From Parcubacteria group bacterium GW2011_GWA2_40_143 (GTDB lineage Bacteria > Patescibacteriota > Minisyncoccia > UBA9983), in contig LBYH01000001.1 in the NCBI GenBank assembly GCA_000996035.1, positions 21,676 to 85,675 of the forward strand: a stretch of DNA of 64,000 nt, read 5' to 3'. Both the position numbers and the translations under genes were made by a program. Shown here piece by piece: positions 41,137-51,475 of this stretch (position 1 is the first letter of the stretch; every line of letters starts with the position of its first letter). The notes under the pieces were generated by a model. It was not told the origin of the DNA. It saw only the letters and a program-made list of their open reading frames with translations, and ran no database searches.

Positions 41137-41967
41137 TATATTTCTCCATTATTACTAATGGTATGGACTATATCTTCTTCCTTCTGCGATAATCACTCGC
41201 AGTTAGGAGTTGGCGTATTAGCGTTTCTCATTTGAAACACTCTCAGCTTGCGCTTCAGTCTCTACGGGGTCATAACTAACTTATATTTCATTGATGGCGC
41301 AACAAAAGGTTTAATAATATCCATAAAACCTTTTATGCTTTCCTTCAAGATTCTAATACGATGATATTTCTTATCTCTATTAAGACGAGCATTTATGCCC
41401 AATTTTCTTAAGCAATTCAATAAAATCTTTTGATCGTTTAAACTGAATTGTTGAGTATTAAGATAGATATCGCCATCTCTACATTTACTCCCATCATCCA
41501 TATACCAAATGGCTATGGAAATAGGATCAATGTCAATGTCTTTTGGTATTATTTTGCGTCCGTTTTTATAAAACATATAATAAAGATTAGTTAAATCTTT
41601 ATGTTGTTTAGTAAAAAACCTACACGCACGACGATTATCACCAGACACTCTTTCCTTTGGTGCAGATTCACAAATTCTTTTTAATTTTTTGAATTTGTAA
41701 TCAACATAATCTTTCGCTTTTATAGAATGATTTATTTCTAAAAAAGCGTCTGATCTGCCGGGCATGATTCTCACGTACCCGTCTCCCAAGAGAGATCCGA
41801 TTATAATCGATCGTTCAAGTTTAGTTAGACTTCCCACGGTATTGTCCATGATTATATTATATCATGGAGTTCACCGTTATAAGCCAAATATTTTAATCAA
41901 AACATATTCTCCTAAATATGCTTTAACCCAGACTGCGCGATCTCTCGCGCCGCACCCCGATATGTTA
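41137..41967 (-). mobile_element. Group I intron (831 nt) after U2500 (E. coli numbering) of 23S rRNA
   Basis: Splits GGCACCU|CGAUGUCGGCUC; P1/IGS GGGGUGC, R element GUAGAGACUG, S element GAAGAUAUAGUCC. Confidence 0.9.
41262..41849 (-). CDS. Intron-encoded double-motif LAGLIDADG homing endonuclease
   Basis: IIIGSLLGDG and SIAIWYMDDG motifs. Confidence 0.9.
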   Translation of the reverse strand: MDNTVGSLTKLERSIIIGSLLGDGYVRIMPGRSDAFLEINHSIKAKDYVDYKFKKLKRICESAPKERVSGDNRRACRFFTKQHKDLTNLYYMFYKNGRKIIPKDIDIDPISIAIWYMDDGSKCRDGDIYLNTQQFSLNDQKILLNCLRKLGINARLNRDKKYHRIRILKESIKGFMDIIKPFVAPSMKYKLVMTP

Positions 41968-42505
41968 AGGTGCCGAACTCCGCCGTCGCTATGGACGCTT
42001 GGGCGGAACTAGCCTGTTATCCCCGGAGTAGCTTTTATCCGTTAATCTTCCACCGCTTCTAAAGCGAATGGTCGGTTCACTATGTTCTGCTTTCGCATCT
42101 GCTCGACATGTCCGTCTTGCAGTTAAGCCGGCTTTTGCCATTGCGCTATCAGCGCGGTTTCCATCCGCGCCTAGCCGACCTTTAAACTCCTCCGTTACTT
42201 TTTAGGAGGAAATCGCCCCAATTAAACTACCCACCAGGCACTGTCTCCTTGCGTTTTTGCCGCAAAGGTTAGAATTTAGCTTTTTAAAGAACGGTATTTC
42301 ACTGGCGGCTCCATGTCACCCAAAAGCGACACTTCAAAGCCTCCCGTCTATGCTACGCATTAAAAATCTAAACCCAATACCAAGCTATAGTAAAGCTTCC
42401 GGGGTCTTTTCGTCTAGCTGCAGGTAACCGGCATCTTCACCGGTATTGTATTTTCACCGGGCTACTTCCCGAGACAGTTCTCCAGTCGTTACACCATTCG
42501 TGCGC

Positions 42506-42571
<66 letters not shown>

Positions 42572-44000
42572 AGGGCTTATACAGTCCAGCTTCCGCCTTG
42601 CGGCGAAAACCCTCCGTATTTGACCTTCTCGCATTGGTCAGGTGTCACCCCCTATACATCCTCTTACGAGTTCGCAGGGAGCTGTGTTTTTGATAAACAG
42701 TCGCCAGAGAAACTTTCGCTGCGGCCCGCCTTGCGGCGGGCAGACCTTATCCCGAAGTTACGGTCGCTTTTTTGCCGAGTTCCTTGGGAAGAACTCACCC
42801 GTTCGCCTTGGTCTTCTCGACCTATCCACCTGTGTCGGTTTTCGGTACGGTTTCCGTATTTCTTTCCCCGCTAAAGCGGGGCTTAGAAGCTTTTCTTGGA
42901 AGACTGCTTTGCTAAATTTATTCCGCTATAAACGGAATATTTCATTTGCGCTTGGAATTTCCCTTGCGGGCGCGGGCGGATTTTCCTGCCTGCGTTCCTT
43001 ACGCCAATAACGCAAATCCAGTAATGCGCCTAGCATACTAATCTTCGTCACTCCATTAAAAATACGGAAGTCACGGAATATTAACCGTGTGTCCATCGGC
43101 TGCGGCTTTCGCCATTGCCTTAGGCCCGACTAACCCTTGGTTGATCGTCATTGCCAAGGAAACCTTGGATTTTCGGCGTCAGCCGTTTTCAGGCTGATTG
43201 TGGTTACTTGTGCCAACATTCTTACTTCGCAACGCTCCACCGTGCCTCACGACACAGCTTCACAGCAGATGCGAACACTCTCCTACCATGTTCCGCTAAA
43301 AGCGGAACATCCTCACCTTCGGTACTCTACTTAGCCCCGATTATTTGCGGTGCAAGATCTCTTAACGAGTGAGCTGTTACGCATTCTTTAAAAGATGGCT
43401 GCTTCTAAGCCAACTTCCTCGTTGTCTGAGAAATTTCACCTCCTTAAGTGCACTTAGTAGAAATTTAGGGACCTTAGATTGAGATCTGGGCTCTTTCCCT
43501 TTTGACTAGTGAAGCTTAGCCCTCACAGTCTAACTGTCTGCCAATTACTTCCGGTATTCGGAGTTTGATAGGATTGACGAGGTTTCCCCCTGTTCAATCC
43601 TTCCAGTGCTCTACCCCCGGAAGGTAAGACAAACGCTAGCCCTAAAGCTATTTCGGAGAGAACCAGCTATTACCAGGTTCGATGAGCTTTTCACTCCATA
43701 CCACAGGTCATCCGATAGTTTTGCACGGCTAACCGGTTCGGACCTCCTCCCGCATTTCTGCGGAATTCATCCTGCCCATGGCAAGTTCACCTGGCTTCGG
43801 GTCTAATTTGTAATACTTTTGATCGCCCTTTTAAGACTCGCTTTCGCTGTGTCTCCGTCCTCTCGGACTTAGACAGCAACACAAATTAACTCGTTGGCTC
43901 ATTCTTCAATAGGCACGCCGTCGTCCACGACTTGCGTCGAGACTTCGACTCCTTGTAGACATATGGTTTCAGGTTCTATTTCAACGCCCTCATCGGGCTA

Positions 44001-44037
<37 letters not shown>

Positions 44038-44765
44038 ATCTTAAAGAGTATTTAGCCTTGCCGGTTAGTTCCGGCAGATTCCTCCGAGCCATTCGTGTCT
44101 CGAAGTACTTAAGAATAATAACTGAAAGTATAATCATGTTTTCGTTTACAGGGCTATTACCTTCTTTGGCTCCGCTTTCCAACGGATTCAGCTAACAAGA
44201 TTAAAACTCACTTAGAATTGCTTCATTCGCTATTACCTTGCAACCCCTTACTTAATAAAAAGTAAGGTTTAGGCTATTCCCATTTCGCTCGCCGCTACTC
44301 AGGGAATCACATTGTTTTCTTTTCCTCCCGGTACTGAGATGTTTCACTTCCCGGGGTTTCCTTCCCGCCAAAGGCGGGATAACACCGATTTACGGTGTTG
44401 GGTTTCCCCATTCGGAGATCTCCGGATCAAAGGCCGCTCAGCGCCTCCCCGAAGCTTATCGTAGCTAAGCCACGTCCTTCATCGTCTCTTTAAGTCTAGG
44501 CATCCACCATACGCCCTTATTCCTATTAGGAAATTTATAAACTTCCTTTCTAGATTCACTCGTAACCACTTTTTTGTTTTGGTTTAAATACAAATTACCT
44601 ACATTTTGCTTGATTGAATATTGATTTTTCAAAATGCAGTCTTTCCGAAAAATTCCAAATAAAAAGCCGCCTCTGAGGCGGTTTTAGCCAAAACAATAAA
44701 TTGCCAGGGCTAATATTTCCGCTTCATTTTTTTGCTTTTTATTTTTCTATACATCAATATTTAAG

Positions 44766-44793
44766 AGTATATATGATGGAGAAAATAAGTCAA
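44766..44793 (-). promoter_or_regulatory. Promoter for the stand-alone 23S-5S unit (TTGACT-16-TATACT)
   Basis: Near-consensus hexamers ~235 nt upstream of 23S, directly after the upstream gene's terminator (44796-44829). Confidence 0.65.
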
Positions 44794-44853
44794 GCAAAAA
44801 GACCCCGACTAAAAGGAAGGGGTCTTTTTGAGTTTTTCCTTTATTTTAAAAGC

Positions 44854-45537
44854 TTACTCCGCTATGTCCTTCTTGAGCTTTTCTATGTATTTCGCGGCCG
44901 CGTCTTTACCTCCCAAACCGAAGGCCAAACCGCCGGCAATGGCAACCATGGCCACAAAGCCGGTAAAAAGAGTCTGCGCGAAAGCTCCAGCGATACCAAG
45001 CTGGAAAAGAGCCGCCAAGATGGCGAAGATCCATATCGCCCATTTGGTAAGCCCACCCAAAATATTTACCGAAGGCACTCCGGCTGCTCTGGCTGAACCT
45101 GTTACAAGCTTCTGCATGGCGCCAGCCAAAAAAGCGGCAACCACCAAAATGATTGCGGCGATTATCACGTTAGGCAAATAGCCAAGCACTACGTCTCTTA
45201 AAAAATTGTTTACGTCACTCAAGCCAAGAATATCTATGGAAGCGACCAAGAAAACGATAATGAGAAACCACTTTATGAGTCCGCCGATAAACGCTCCGGC
45301 ATTTAAGCTGAAGCCGGCCTTGTTCATCATCTCATCAACACCAACAGTTTGAAGAGCTTTATCAACCTTAAGAGCATCCACCACTTTCGCGACAAACTTT
45401 CCTACAATGGAAGATATTATCGCGCCGACTATAAACACGATTAAAGCGATAATAAAAACAGGCGCGAAAGACAAAACGCCGTCAGATAGACTTTGGAAAG
45501 ATTCCGTAAGAACCCCCGTCCAAATTTCTGTTGTCAT
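44854..45537 (-). CDS. TM-helix repeat membrane protein (mechanosensitive-channel-associated family)
   Basis: LPNVIIA repeat and LAFGLGGKD motif. Confidence 0.75.
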   Translation of the reverse strand: MTTEIWTGVLTESFQSLSDGVLSFAPVFIIALIVFIVGAIISSIVGKFVAKVVDALKVDKALQTVGVDEMMNKAGFSLNAGAFIGGLIKWFLIIVFLVASIDILGLSDVNNFLRDVVLGYLPNVIIAAIILVVAAFLAGAMQKLVTGSARAAGVPSVNILGGLTKWAIWIFAILAALFQLGIAGAFAQTLFTGFVAMVAIAGGLAFGLGGKDAAAKYIEKLKKDIAE

Positions 45538-45657
45538 AAAATTAAAATTTATTTATTGTTAATAATTTAAAACGACCGTTTTAAAAAGCTAATAAAAAAG
45601 CTTACCTTAAATTATACATCAATTTAAGATTTTTTGACCATAGCACTGTGGATAAGT

Positions 45658-45686
45658 AAAAAGACGGGTCAACGACCCGTCTTTTT
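45658..45686 (-). terminator. Intrinsic terminator
   Basis: aaaaagacgggtc-aac-gacccgtcttttt. Confidence 0.8.
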
Positions 45687-45691
45687 ACTTG

Positions 45692-46321
45692 CTATATGCT
45701 AAGTCTGTTTACCACTTTCTCGTGAGGCGATTCCATTATTTCTCTTACGAATTTATCATACATGCCGTAGCGATACATAAAGTCTTTCGTAGAAAAAACA
45801 GCATACACGATTTCCTTGCCCAATTCAGCTTCCACATTTTTAAGCGCTCTGTCCAACTTGCTTTCCTTTATCGCGTCTCCCACCAACAAAAGATCCACGC
45901 TACTGCCTCCTTCGTTGTTGGTAAATATGCCGGACAAAATCATCAGTTTCACCTTGCCGGCCGCGCCAAGATTCTTTATCAGTTTCTCTTTATCAAGAGG
46001 CGCTGAATTTAAAACAAGATTTTTGAGCGGAAAAAGAAATGGAAACAATTGATTTAAAACAAAACCGCTCGTCTCCACTTTTTTTGTTTTAATTTTCCCG
46101 TCTTTTAATTTTAATTCTTCTAAGAACTTTTCTGTCTTGGGCCGCACCAGTCCAATACTTTTTAAAAGAGAAATCTCTCTTCGCGCCGATGCCGCCGGCA
46201 CCTTGGCGCGTTGAGAGATTTCCTTCAAAGAGTACACTGTTTCCGGATTAAGCATAAACAGTCGGATGATCTTTATCCGGGCGGATGATCCAAAAAGTTT
46301 TGATAGTTTATCGTTCATCAC
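45692..46321 (-). CDS. Winged-HTH + nucleotidyltransferase-like hypothetical regulator
   Basis: LFGSSARIKIIRLF..EISQR (HTH); SG..VDLLLVG (NTase-like). Confidence 0.65.
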   Translation of the reverse strand: MMNDKLSKLFGSSARIKIIRLFMLNPETVYSLKEISQRAKVPAASARREISLLKSIGLVRPKTEKFLEELKLKDGKIKTKKVETSGFVLNQLFPFLFPLKNLVLNSAPLDKEKLIKNLGAAGKVKLMILSGIFTNNEGGSSVDLLLVGDAIKESKLDRALKNVEAELGKEIVYAVFSTKDFMYRYGMYDKFVREIMESPHEKVVNRLSI

Positions 46322-46341
46322 GCGCTATTTTAACATTTTAT

Positions 46342-46752
46342 CTACTTAAGCGCAACTGTTCCTCCGGCAGCTTCAAGCTTGGCTTTAAGTTCCTCCGCTT
46401 CTTTCTTATCCACGCCTTCTTTTACCATAACGGGAGCTTTGTCAGCCATGTCTTTGGCTTCCTTGAGACCCAAACCAAGAGCTTCTCTGAGCACTTTGAT
46501 TATCTGGATTTTCTGATCGCCGGCGCTCTTAAGTTCCACGCTGGCTTTACTTGGTCCAACAGCATCACCGCCTTCAGCATCTCCACCGGCGACAGGAGCC
46601 GCGGCTACGGCCACAGCTTGAGCTGATACGCCGAATTTTTCTTCAAATAATTTTACAAGCTCGGAAAGATCGAGAACACTCATTGTTTCTATTTTCTCAA
46701 CAATGTCCTTGAACTTTGCCGGCACCTCCACAACTTTTTTTTCTTCTGTCAT
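46342..46752 (-). CDS. rplL: 50S ribosomal protein L7/L12
   Basis: [15 protein letters not shown] and KLEAAG motifs. Confidence 0.95.
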   Translation of the reverse strand: MTEEKKVVEVPAKFKDIVEKIETMSVLDLSELVKLFEEKFGVSAQAVAVAAAPVAGGDAEGGDAVGPSKASVELKSAGDQKIQIIKVLREALGLGLKEAKDMADKAPVMVKEGVDKKEAEELKAKLEAAGGTVALK

Positions 46753-46788
46753 ATTTTTATTATTTTTTTTAGTTTTTGATTAATAATT

Positions 46789-47316
46789 TTACGCTACCTG
46801 CTTTTGCTTCGCTATTTCAGACAAAGCCACGGCAAATTTCTTTATCACGCCGTTTAACGTTACCACCATGCCTCTTGTTGGTGAGCTGATCACATTTACA
46901 AATTGGCCAAGCAACACTTCTCTTGAAGGAATATTGGCGAGCATTATCATTTTTTCTTTGCCGATATAACCGCTTTCAAACACGCCGCCGATTATTTTTA
47001 TAGCCTCATTCTTCTTAGCGAATTGCTGCACGGCTTTGGCGGCAACGGTCGGCTCTTCGCTTGAAAAAGCAACGGCTATCTCTCCATCCAAAGAAGGCAT
47101 CTCTCCTTCAAATCCGGCGGCGACAAAAGCTTTCTTGATTAAAGTCTTTTTGGCTACCGTGATTTTGGCGCCGATTTTTCCAAGCATTCTTCTAAGTTCG
47201 CTGGCGGCTGCCACGTTAAGACCATGGAAGTTTATAAACATAACCATGTTGGCTTGTTTTATATTCTCCTCAAGATCTCTCAGTATCACACCCTTTTTTT
47301 GCTTTGTTATTGCCAT
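46789..47316 (-). CDS. rplJ: 50S ribosomal protein L10
   Basis: VAKKTL and LANIPSREVL motifs; precedes rplL. Confidence 0.93.
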   Translation of the reverse strand: MAITKQKKGVILRDLEENIKQANMVMFINFHGLNVAAASELRRMLGKIGAKITVAKKTLIKKAFVAAGFEGEMPSLDGEIAVAFSSEEPTVAAKAVQQFAKKNEAIKIIGGVFESGYIGKEKMIMLANIPSREVLLGQFVNVISSPTRGMVVTLNGVIKKFAVALSEIAKQKQVA

Positions 47317-47339
47317 TCTTTTACATGCTAATCAAATAA

Positions 47340-47446
47340 AAAACGACCTTTTATAAAGTCGCAGAATACAAAATCGCCTTAAAGCAATTATTTGTCTCGG
47401 CAGGATTTATTTCGCCAAACGGCGAGAAACCTGCTTTCTACGACCA
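47340..47446 (-). promoter_or_regulatory. L10 leader autoregulatory RNA
   Basis: Sense GUAGAAAGCAGG...CCUGCCGAG in the rplJ 5' UTR resembles the L10-leader core. Confidence 0.6.
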
Positions 47447-47519
47447 ATATTTAATTACTTATTATTATATACGATTCGCCGAAACTGTCAACGACAATCG
47501 CGCGAAGGACGGACCTTCG

Positions 47520-50500
47520 TTAATATTCTATTTCCTCTCCCTCTATCGTCGCGTTGCCGGAGATCTCGCTGCCTCCGGCAACAACCACTCCTTCGTCGGA
47601 GACATTTTCTATTGTTACATCAGACAAAGTAGCTGAAGAACCGTTGTATAAACCGATACCATCTCCGTCCAATATGTCGCTAATGGTTGATGTCGCGATT
47701 GTGATAACGGAATCGTAAGAGCCTATACCATCGCCATCTAAAACATTCGTTATCGTGGAGCTGGCTATGACAATAGTTGATTCGTAAGCGCCTATGCCAT
47801 CGCCATCAAGAACCGTATCTATGGTGGTTGAAGACATTGTCAACGAAGAATTATAAACGGATACCGCGTCCGCGTCTATGGTATTGGTTATCGTGGAAGA
47901 AGCAATGGAAACGGAACTTCCGCTGTACGCCGCAATCGCTTCATTCGTGGTACTGGCAAAAGTGGTATTTTCAATTATGACCACGCTATTATTATTCAAT
48001 TCAATGCCGGCGTTATTGCTGATAAATTCCGAATCGGTTATTTCCAGATCGGCTCCATTGCTTAGGCTTATACCTCCCGTATTGGAGATTATAACGTTAT
48101 CTAAAGTGCTCGTTCCATTATTGCCGCTAATTTTTATTTTATTCGCAGTTGATGTGTCTGAAAAAGAATCAAAGACTATCGGATTGTTTTCTTCTCCGTT
48201 AGCGTTGATGACGCCATTGACTTCAAGGTCATCTAAGTAAAGGCTCACTTGAACGCCGGACTCAATGGTGAGAGTTGAAGTGGCTGAGACTTGAACATTT
48301 TGGGAAACATAGTAACAACCACCTTCTTCAAGAGTGATGTCTTGATATATGCTTTGGCCGTTGTTGAGATTATTAAAGCTGACGGAATTACATTGGCCGG
48401 GCGTGCCGGAGATGGAATTGCCTTCGGCATCTTGTCCGCTTTTAATGAAATCAATGTTCGTCCCCCATGTGGCCCAATTGGAAGTATCAGATCCGGACTC
48501 TTTGGAGTTTACTCTCTCCATAGTCTTTCTGGAAGTGGAACTTGTATTATCTCCGGCGGACCATCCGTCGGTTGCGACAGGAGTTCTGTCTAAAGTGGTG
48601 GATGAGTGAGAGAGAATGATTTGTTCTCCATTGTTACCAAGCGCCCACTGAGATGACCCATTGCCATAAACGGAAACAGTTGATCTGGCGGTTATTGTGT
48701 TTGCCCTTCTTTCAAGAATGCGATATTCATAAGGAGCCATTTCTCCGACAAGGGCGATAAACGGCGCGCCGTCAGTTGATTCTACTGCCCATTGCGACAA
48801 ATCTAGCGTATAACTTGTATTGTTTTTTATTTCCAGCCATTCATCATACGCGGAAGCCGCCGTTCCCATCCACGCGATTTCGTTGATAGCGAGAGGAATG
48901 GTGGCGACAGAAACGGCTTGAGTAGAAGTGGCGCTTGTCGTGGCCGAAGAAATTGCCGATACAGAAAAAGTGTACTCGGAAAAATCGGAGATGTTGGCGA
49001 TGAAGCTCGGTGCCGTCGTGGTAGCGTATTCTCCGTTCTTACTTATGGCGTAATGTTCCGCGTCGGAAACCGCTTGCCAAGAAAAAGTTACGGTGGTGGT
49101 GGCAAGAAGACAGCCATCGGTAGCCAAAGAGTAATCGCATTGGGAAACACTAAGGATTGGCGCGGAAAGTGAAACTGTTTCTTGCTCATCCTCTTCTTCC
49201 TGATCTTCTTCTTGCTCGGATTCAGAGACAAGAGAAACTTTTGGCGCCGCCCCGCCGCCGAAACCGGAATACGGAAGACCTAGAAAAATAATGCGAGGCT
49301 GATTGTCAGCCTCGCTCTTATCAAAATCTCCTAAGGAACGAGACGCGCTAAAATCGGCGCGTCTAGCAGTATCATCCTCATCAGTTGATTCACTCTTTAC
49401 AAGATTCAACACCGCTTGTTTTTTCTCACTCTCGCTGTCTTTCTTTTTCTTATCCTCTTCCACTAACGCCATGGTTTGCTTTTTAATATCTTCCAGGGAA
49501 GCTTGAATTTGAGTGATTGAAGCGGAAAAACTCAAATTTGAGAAAGACTCCGCCGCCTCGGAAACCACTGTATCAAAAACCGCTAGATCAACGACTTCGC
49601 TTACCTCATTGTCAAGGTTCAACCTTGACAATGAGGTAACAGCCTCCACCGCCACAGCCAAACCATCGCCATCTTTCGGCGAACGACTCGCCTCAAGAGA
49701 AAAAATATCGGTAATCTTGCCAGTCAAGCTTGACGCGACACTTGCGATCTTACTCGCGCCGGCAGAAATATTTTCTTTAACGGAATTATAAGAATCTTTA
49801 GCAAAGGCAAAAGCTTTGGCCCCTTCACCCACAACAGACACTCCGCCAATGTAGCCGTTTAAAGTAACGATTTTCTTAATAACTCCATTTTCTTTAACAA
49901 AAATTTCCGGTGCCGGTTTTTGGCCGGCTATTATTGCCTCCGCTTCTTGATGAAATAACTCTATCAGGCCGGCACCATTTATAATAGCTTCGCGAGAGAG
50001 ACGGGAGAAATATTGAGAAAGGATTTCTGTTTCCTTTTTGGTTTCCAAAAGATATTCTTTTTTTAGATTAAGAAGATTATCAGGAATAGTTCTTGCCCTA
50101 ATAAGCTCAAACTCCTCTCCATTCTTATCCAACCCATAACCAAAACTTTCATCTTCTCTCACTATTTTAGGATTAGCATATTTAGGATCGTTTATAGTGT
50201 CTTTGCTAAAGAAATATCCATTGGAATAATTAGCCAAAGCGTAAAAGTAATTATCCACCTCGCCTCTTTGGATAGGAGTCATGCCTTTGACTGCCAACTC
50301 GTCAGCCACCTTAAAATTCTCTCTGGTAAAATCCTTGGCGTATTCCTCCAGCGGACTGCCGTAATCGCCGGTAATCGTTCTGGCCTCATGAGCGTGCGGG
50401 TCGTCTCTGGTGTGGTCCGGCACGGCCATATCCTCCATCAAGTGCAAAGTATGGCCGAGAGTCGCATACGCTTCTTTTTTATTGCCGTTTGCGTATTCAT

Positions 50501-50924
50501 AAAGCGCTTTCTCCCAAGTGCGATTGCCCAGGTATTTGTAATATTCCGCTTGCAACTCTTGATTATGCAGCCAGTCCGGCGCAGGCACGGGAGCAGTGAA
50601 GGACAGAAAGTTTTCCGCCAAGTAGCGCATCAACCAAGCCGGCACCCGGCCAGTATTCTCTCCTGTCCAACCTGTCTTATTCACCGGATCATAAAAATGG
50701 TTTACCCATCTTGGCGGCGTATCTTCCGAGACAACGCCTGATATAATCCACTCTTTCTCTTCCGCGCTCAACTTATCTTCGGCGAATATGTTATAAAAAT
50801 CCACAATTTCGTCCGTAATGGCCGGATGAGTGGTAAGATCGTCAAAAGCCAGCGCCGACGCGCCGGTTAAGAAAACTCCCGCCAAGACGAGCGGGACAGT
50901 GATTTTACTAAAATCAAATTTCAT
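47520..50924 (-). CDS. Secreted multidomain protein: Zn-dependent phospholipase C/P1-nuclease-like domain, lamin-tail domain, beta-helix repeats
   Basis: Signal peptide, then TTH..HFYDP..GHTLHLMEDMAVPDH; INEIAWMGT..DEWLEI (lamin tail); C-terminal IASSTITN/DGDGIG repeats. Confidence 0.75.
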   Translation of the reverse strand: MKFDFSKITVPLVLAGVFLTGASALAFDDLTTHPAITDEIVDFYNIFAEDKLSAEEKEWIISGVVSEDTPPRWVNHFYDPVNKTGWTGENTGRVPAWLMRYLAENFLSFTAPVPAPDWLHNQELQAEYYKYLGNRTWEKALYEYANGNKKEAYATLGHTLHLMEDMAVPDHTRDDPHAHEARTITGDYGSPLEEYAKDFTRENFKVADELAVKGMTPIQRGEVDNYFYALANYSNGYFFSKDTINDPKYANPKIVREDESFGYGLDKNGEEFELIRARTIPDNLLNLKKEYLLETKKETEILSQYFSRLSREAIINGAGLIELFHQEAEAIIAGQKPAPEIFVKENGVIKKIVTLNGYIGGVSVVGEGAKAFAFAKDSYNSVKENISAGASKIASVASSLTGKITDIFSLEASRSPKDGDGLAVAVEAVTSLSRLNLDNEVSEVVDLAVFDTVVSEAAESFSNLSFSASITQIQASLEDIKKQTMALVEEDKKKKDSESEKKQAVLNLVKSESTDEDDTARRADFSASRSLGDFDKSEADNQPRIIFLGLPYSGFGGGAAPKVSLVSESEQEEDQEEEDEQETVSLSAPILSVSQCDYSLATDGCLLATTTVTFSWQAVSDAEHYAISKNGEYATTTAPSFIANISDFSEYTFSVSAISSATTSATSTQAVSVATIPLAINEIAWMGTAASAYDEWLEIKNNTSYTLDLSQWAVESTDGAPFIALVGEMAPYEYRILERRANTITARSTVSVYGNGSSQWALGNNGEQIILSHSSTTLDRTPVATDGWSAGDNTSSTSRKTMERVNSKESGSDTSNWATWGTNIDFIKSGQDAEGNSISGTPGQCNSVSFNNLNNGQSIYQDITLEEGGCYYVSQNVQVSATSTLTIESGVQVSLYLDDLEVNGVINANGEENNPIVFDSFSDTSTANKIKISGNNGTSTLDNVIISNTGGISLSNGADLEITDSEFISNNAGIELNNNSVVIIENTTFASTTNEAIAAYSGSSVSIASSTITNTIDADAVSVYNSSLTMSSTTIDTVLDGDGIGAYESTIVIASSTITNVLDGDGIGSYDSVITIATSTISDILDGDGIGLYNGSSATLSDVTIENVSDEGVVVAGGSEISGNATIEGEEIEY
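49601..49639. repeat. 39-bp REP-like palindrome in frame within the CDS
   Basis: ttacctcattgtcaaggtt-c-aaccttgacaatgaggtaa. Confidence 0.85.
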
Positions 50925-51396
50925 TTATCTTCCAATTATCTGATGGGTATTTTATAAAGCTAACAAACATAGATGGTTTTGAATTTAATTTCGCTTCCAT
51001 AATAAAAGAATCACTACCAGCACCAGATCTCCATTCACTTGCTGTCTTTAAGATGTTCATCAAATTATAAATATTTTCTTGTGGAGCATTATTTAATATC
51101 CTCAATTCCTCCCCTTGCTTCTCCGCCACAAAATATTTACTGGCCAGTTCATAATCGCCGGCTTCCACGGCCGCAATAAACATTTCCAAAGTCTCTTGTG
51201 GAGTGTTACCGCCAATAGTGTCTTTTGCCAATTCTTTTTCTCTGTCTTCCACCATTTTATCAATCTTAGTCATATTTCTCTCAAACTTAGTATTATCTCG
51301 CCACTCCAAAAAACTTATCACGCCAATAAGTACCGCCCAAATAGCAAAAAAAATCCCCACTCCATAAATTATTTTTCTTCTCATCCTCATTATCAA
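50914..51396 (-). CDS. Hypothetical membrane-anchored protein overlapping the downstream gene start
   Basis: TM helix, then GGNTPQETLEMFIAAVEAGDYELASKYF. Confidence 0.7.
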   Translation of the reverse strand: MIMRMRRKIIYGVGIFFAIWAVLIGVISFLEWRDNTKFERNMTKIDKMVEDREKELAKDTIGGNTPQETLEMFIAAVEAGDYELASKYFVAEKQGEELRILNNAPQENIYNLMNILKTASEWRSGAGSDSFIMEAKLNSKPSMFVSFIKYPSDNWKINEI

Positions 51397-51432
51397 AATT
51401 TTATCACACCAAATTTTCTAAAACAACCCCGC

Positions 51433-51467
51433 CCCCCACCATCAAGGACTCCCCTTGATGGTGGGGG
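51433..51467. repeat. REP hairpin
   Basis: cccccaccatcaagg-actcc-ccttgatggtggggg. Confidence 0.9.
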
Positions 51468-51475
51468 TAACTTTT

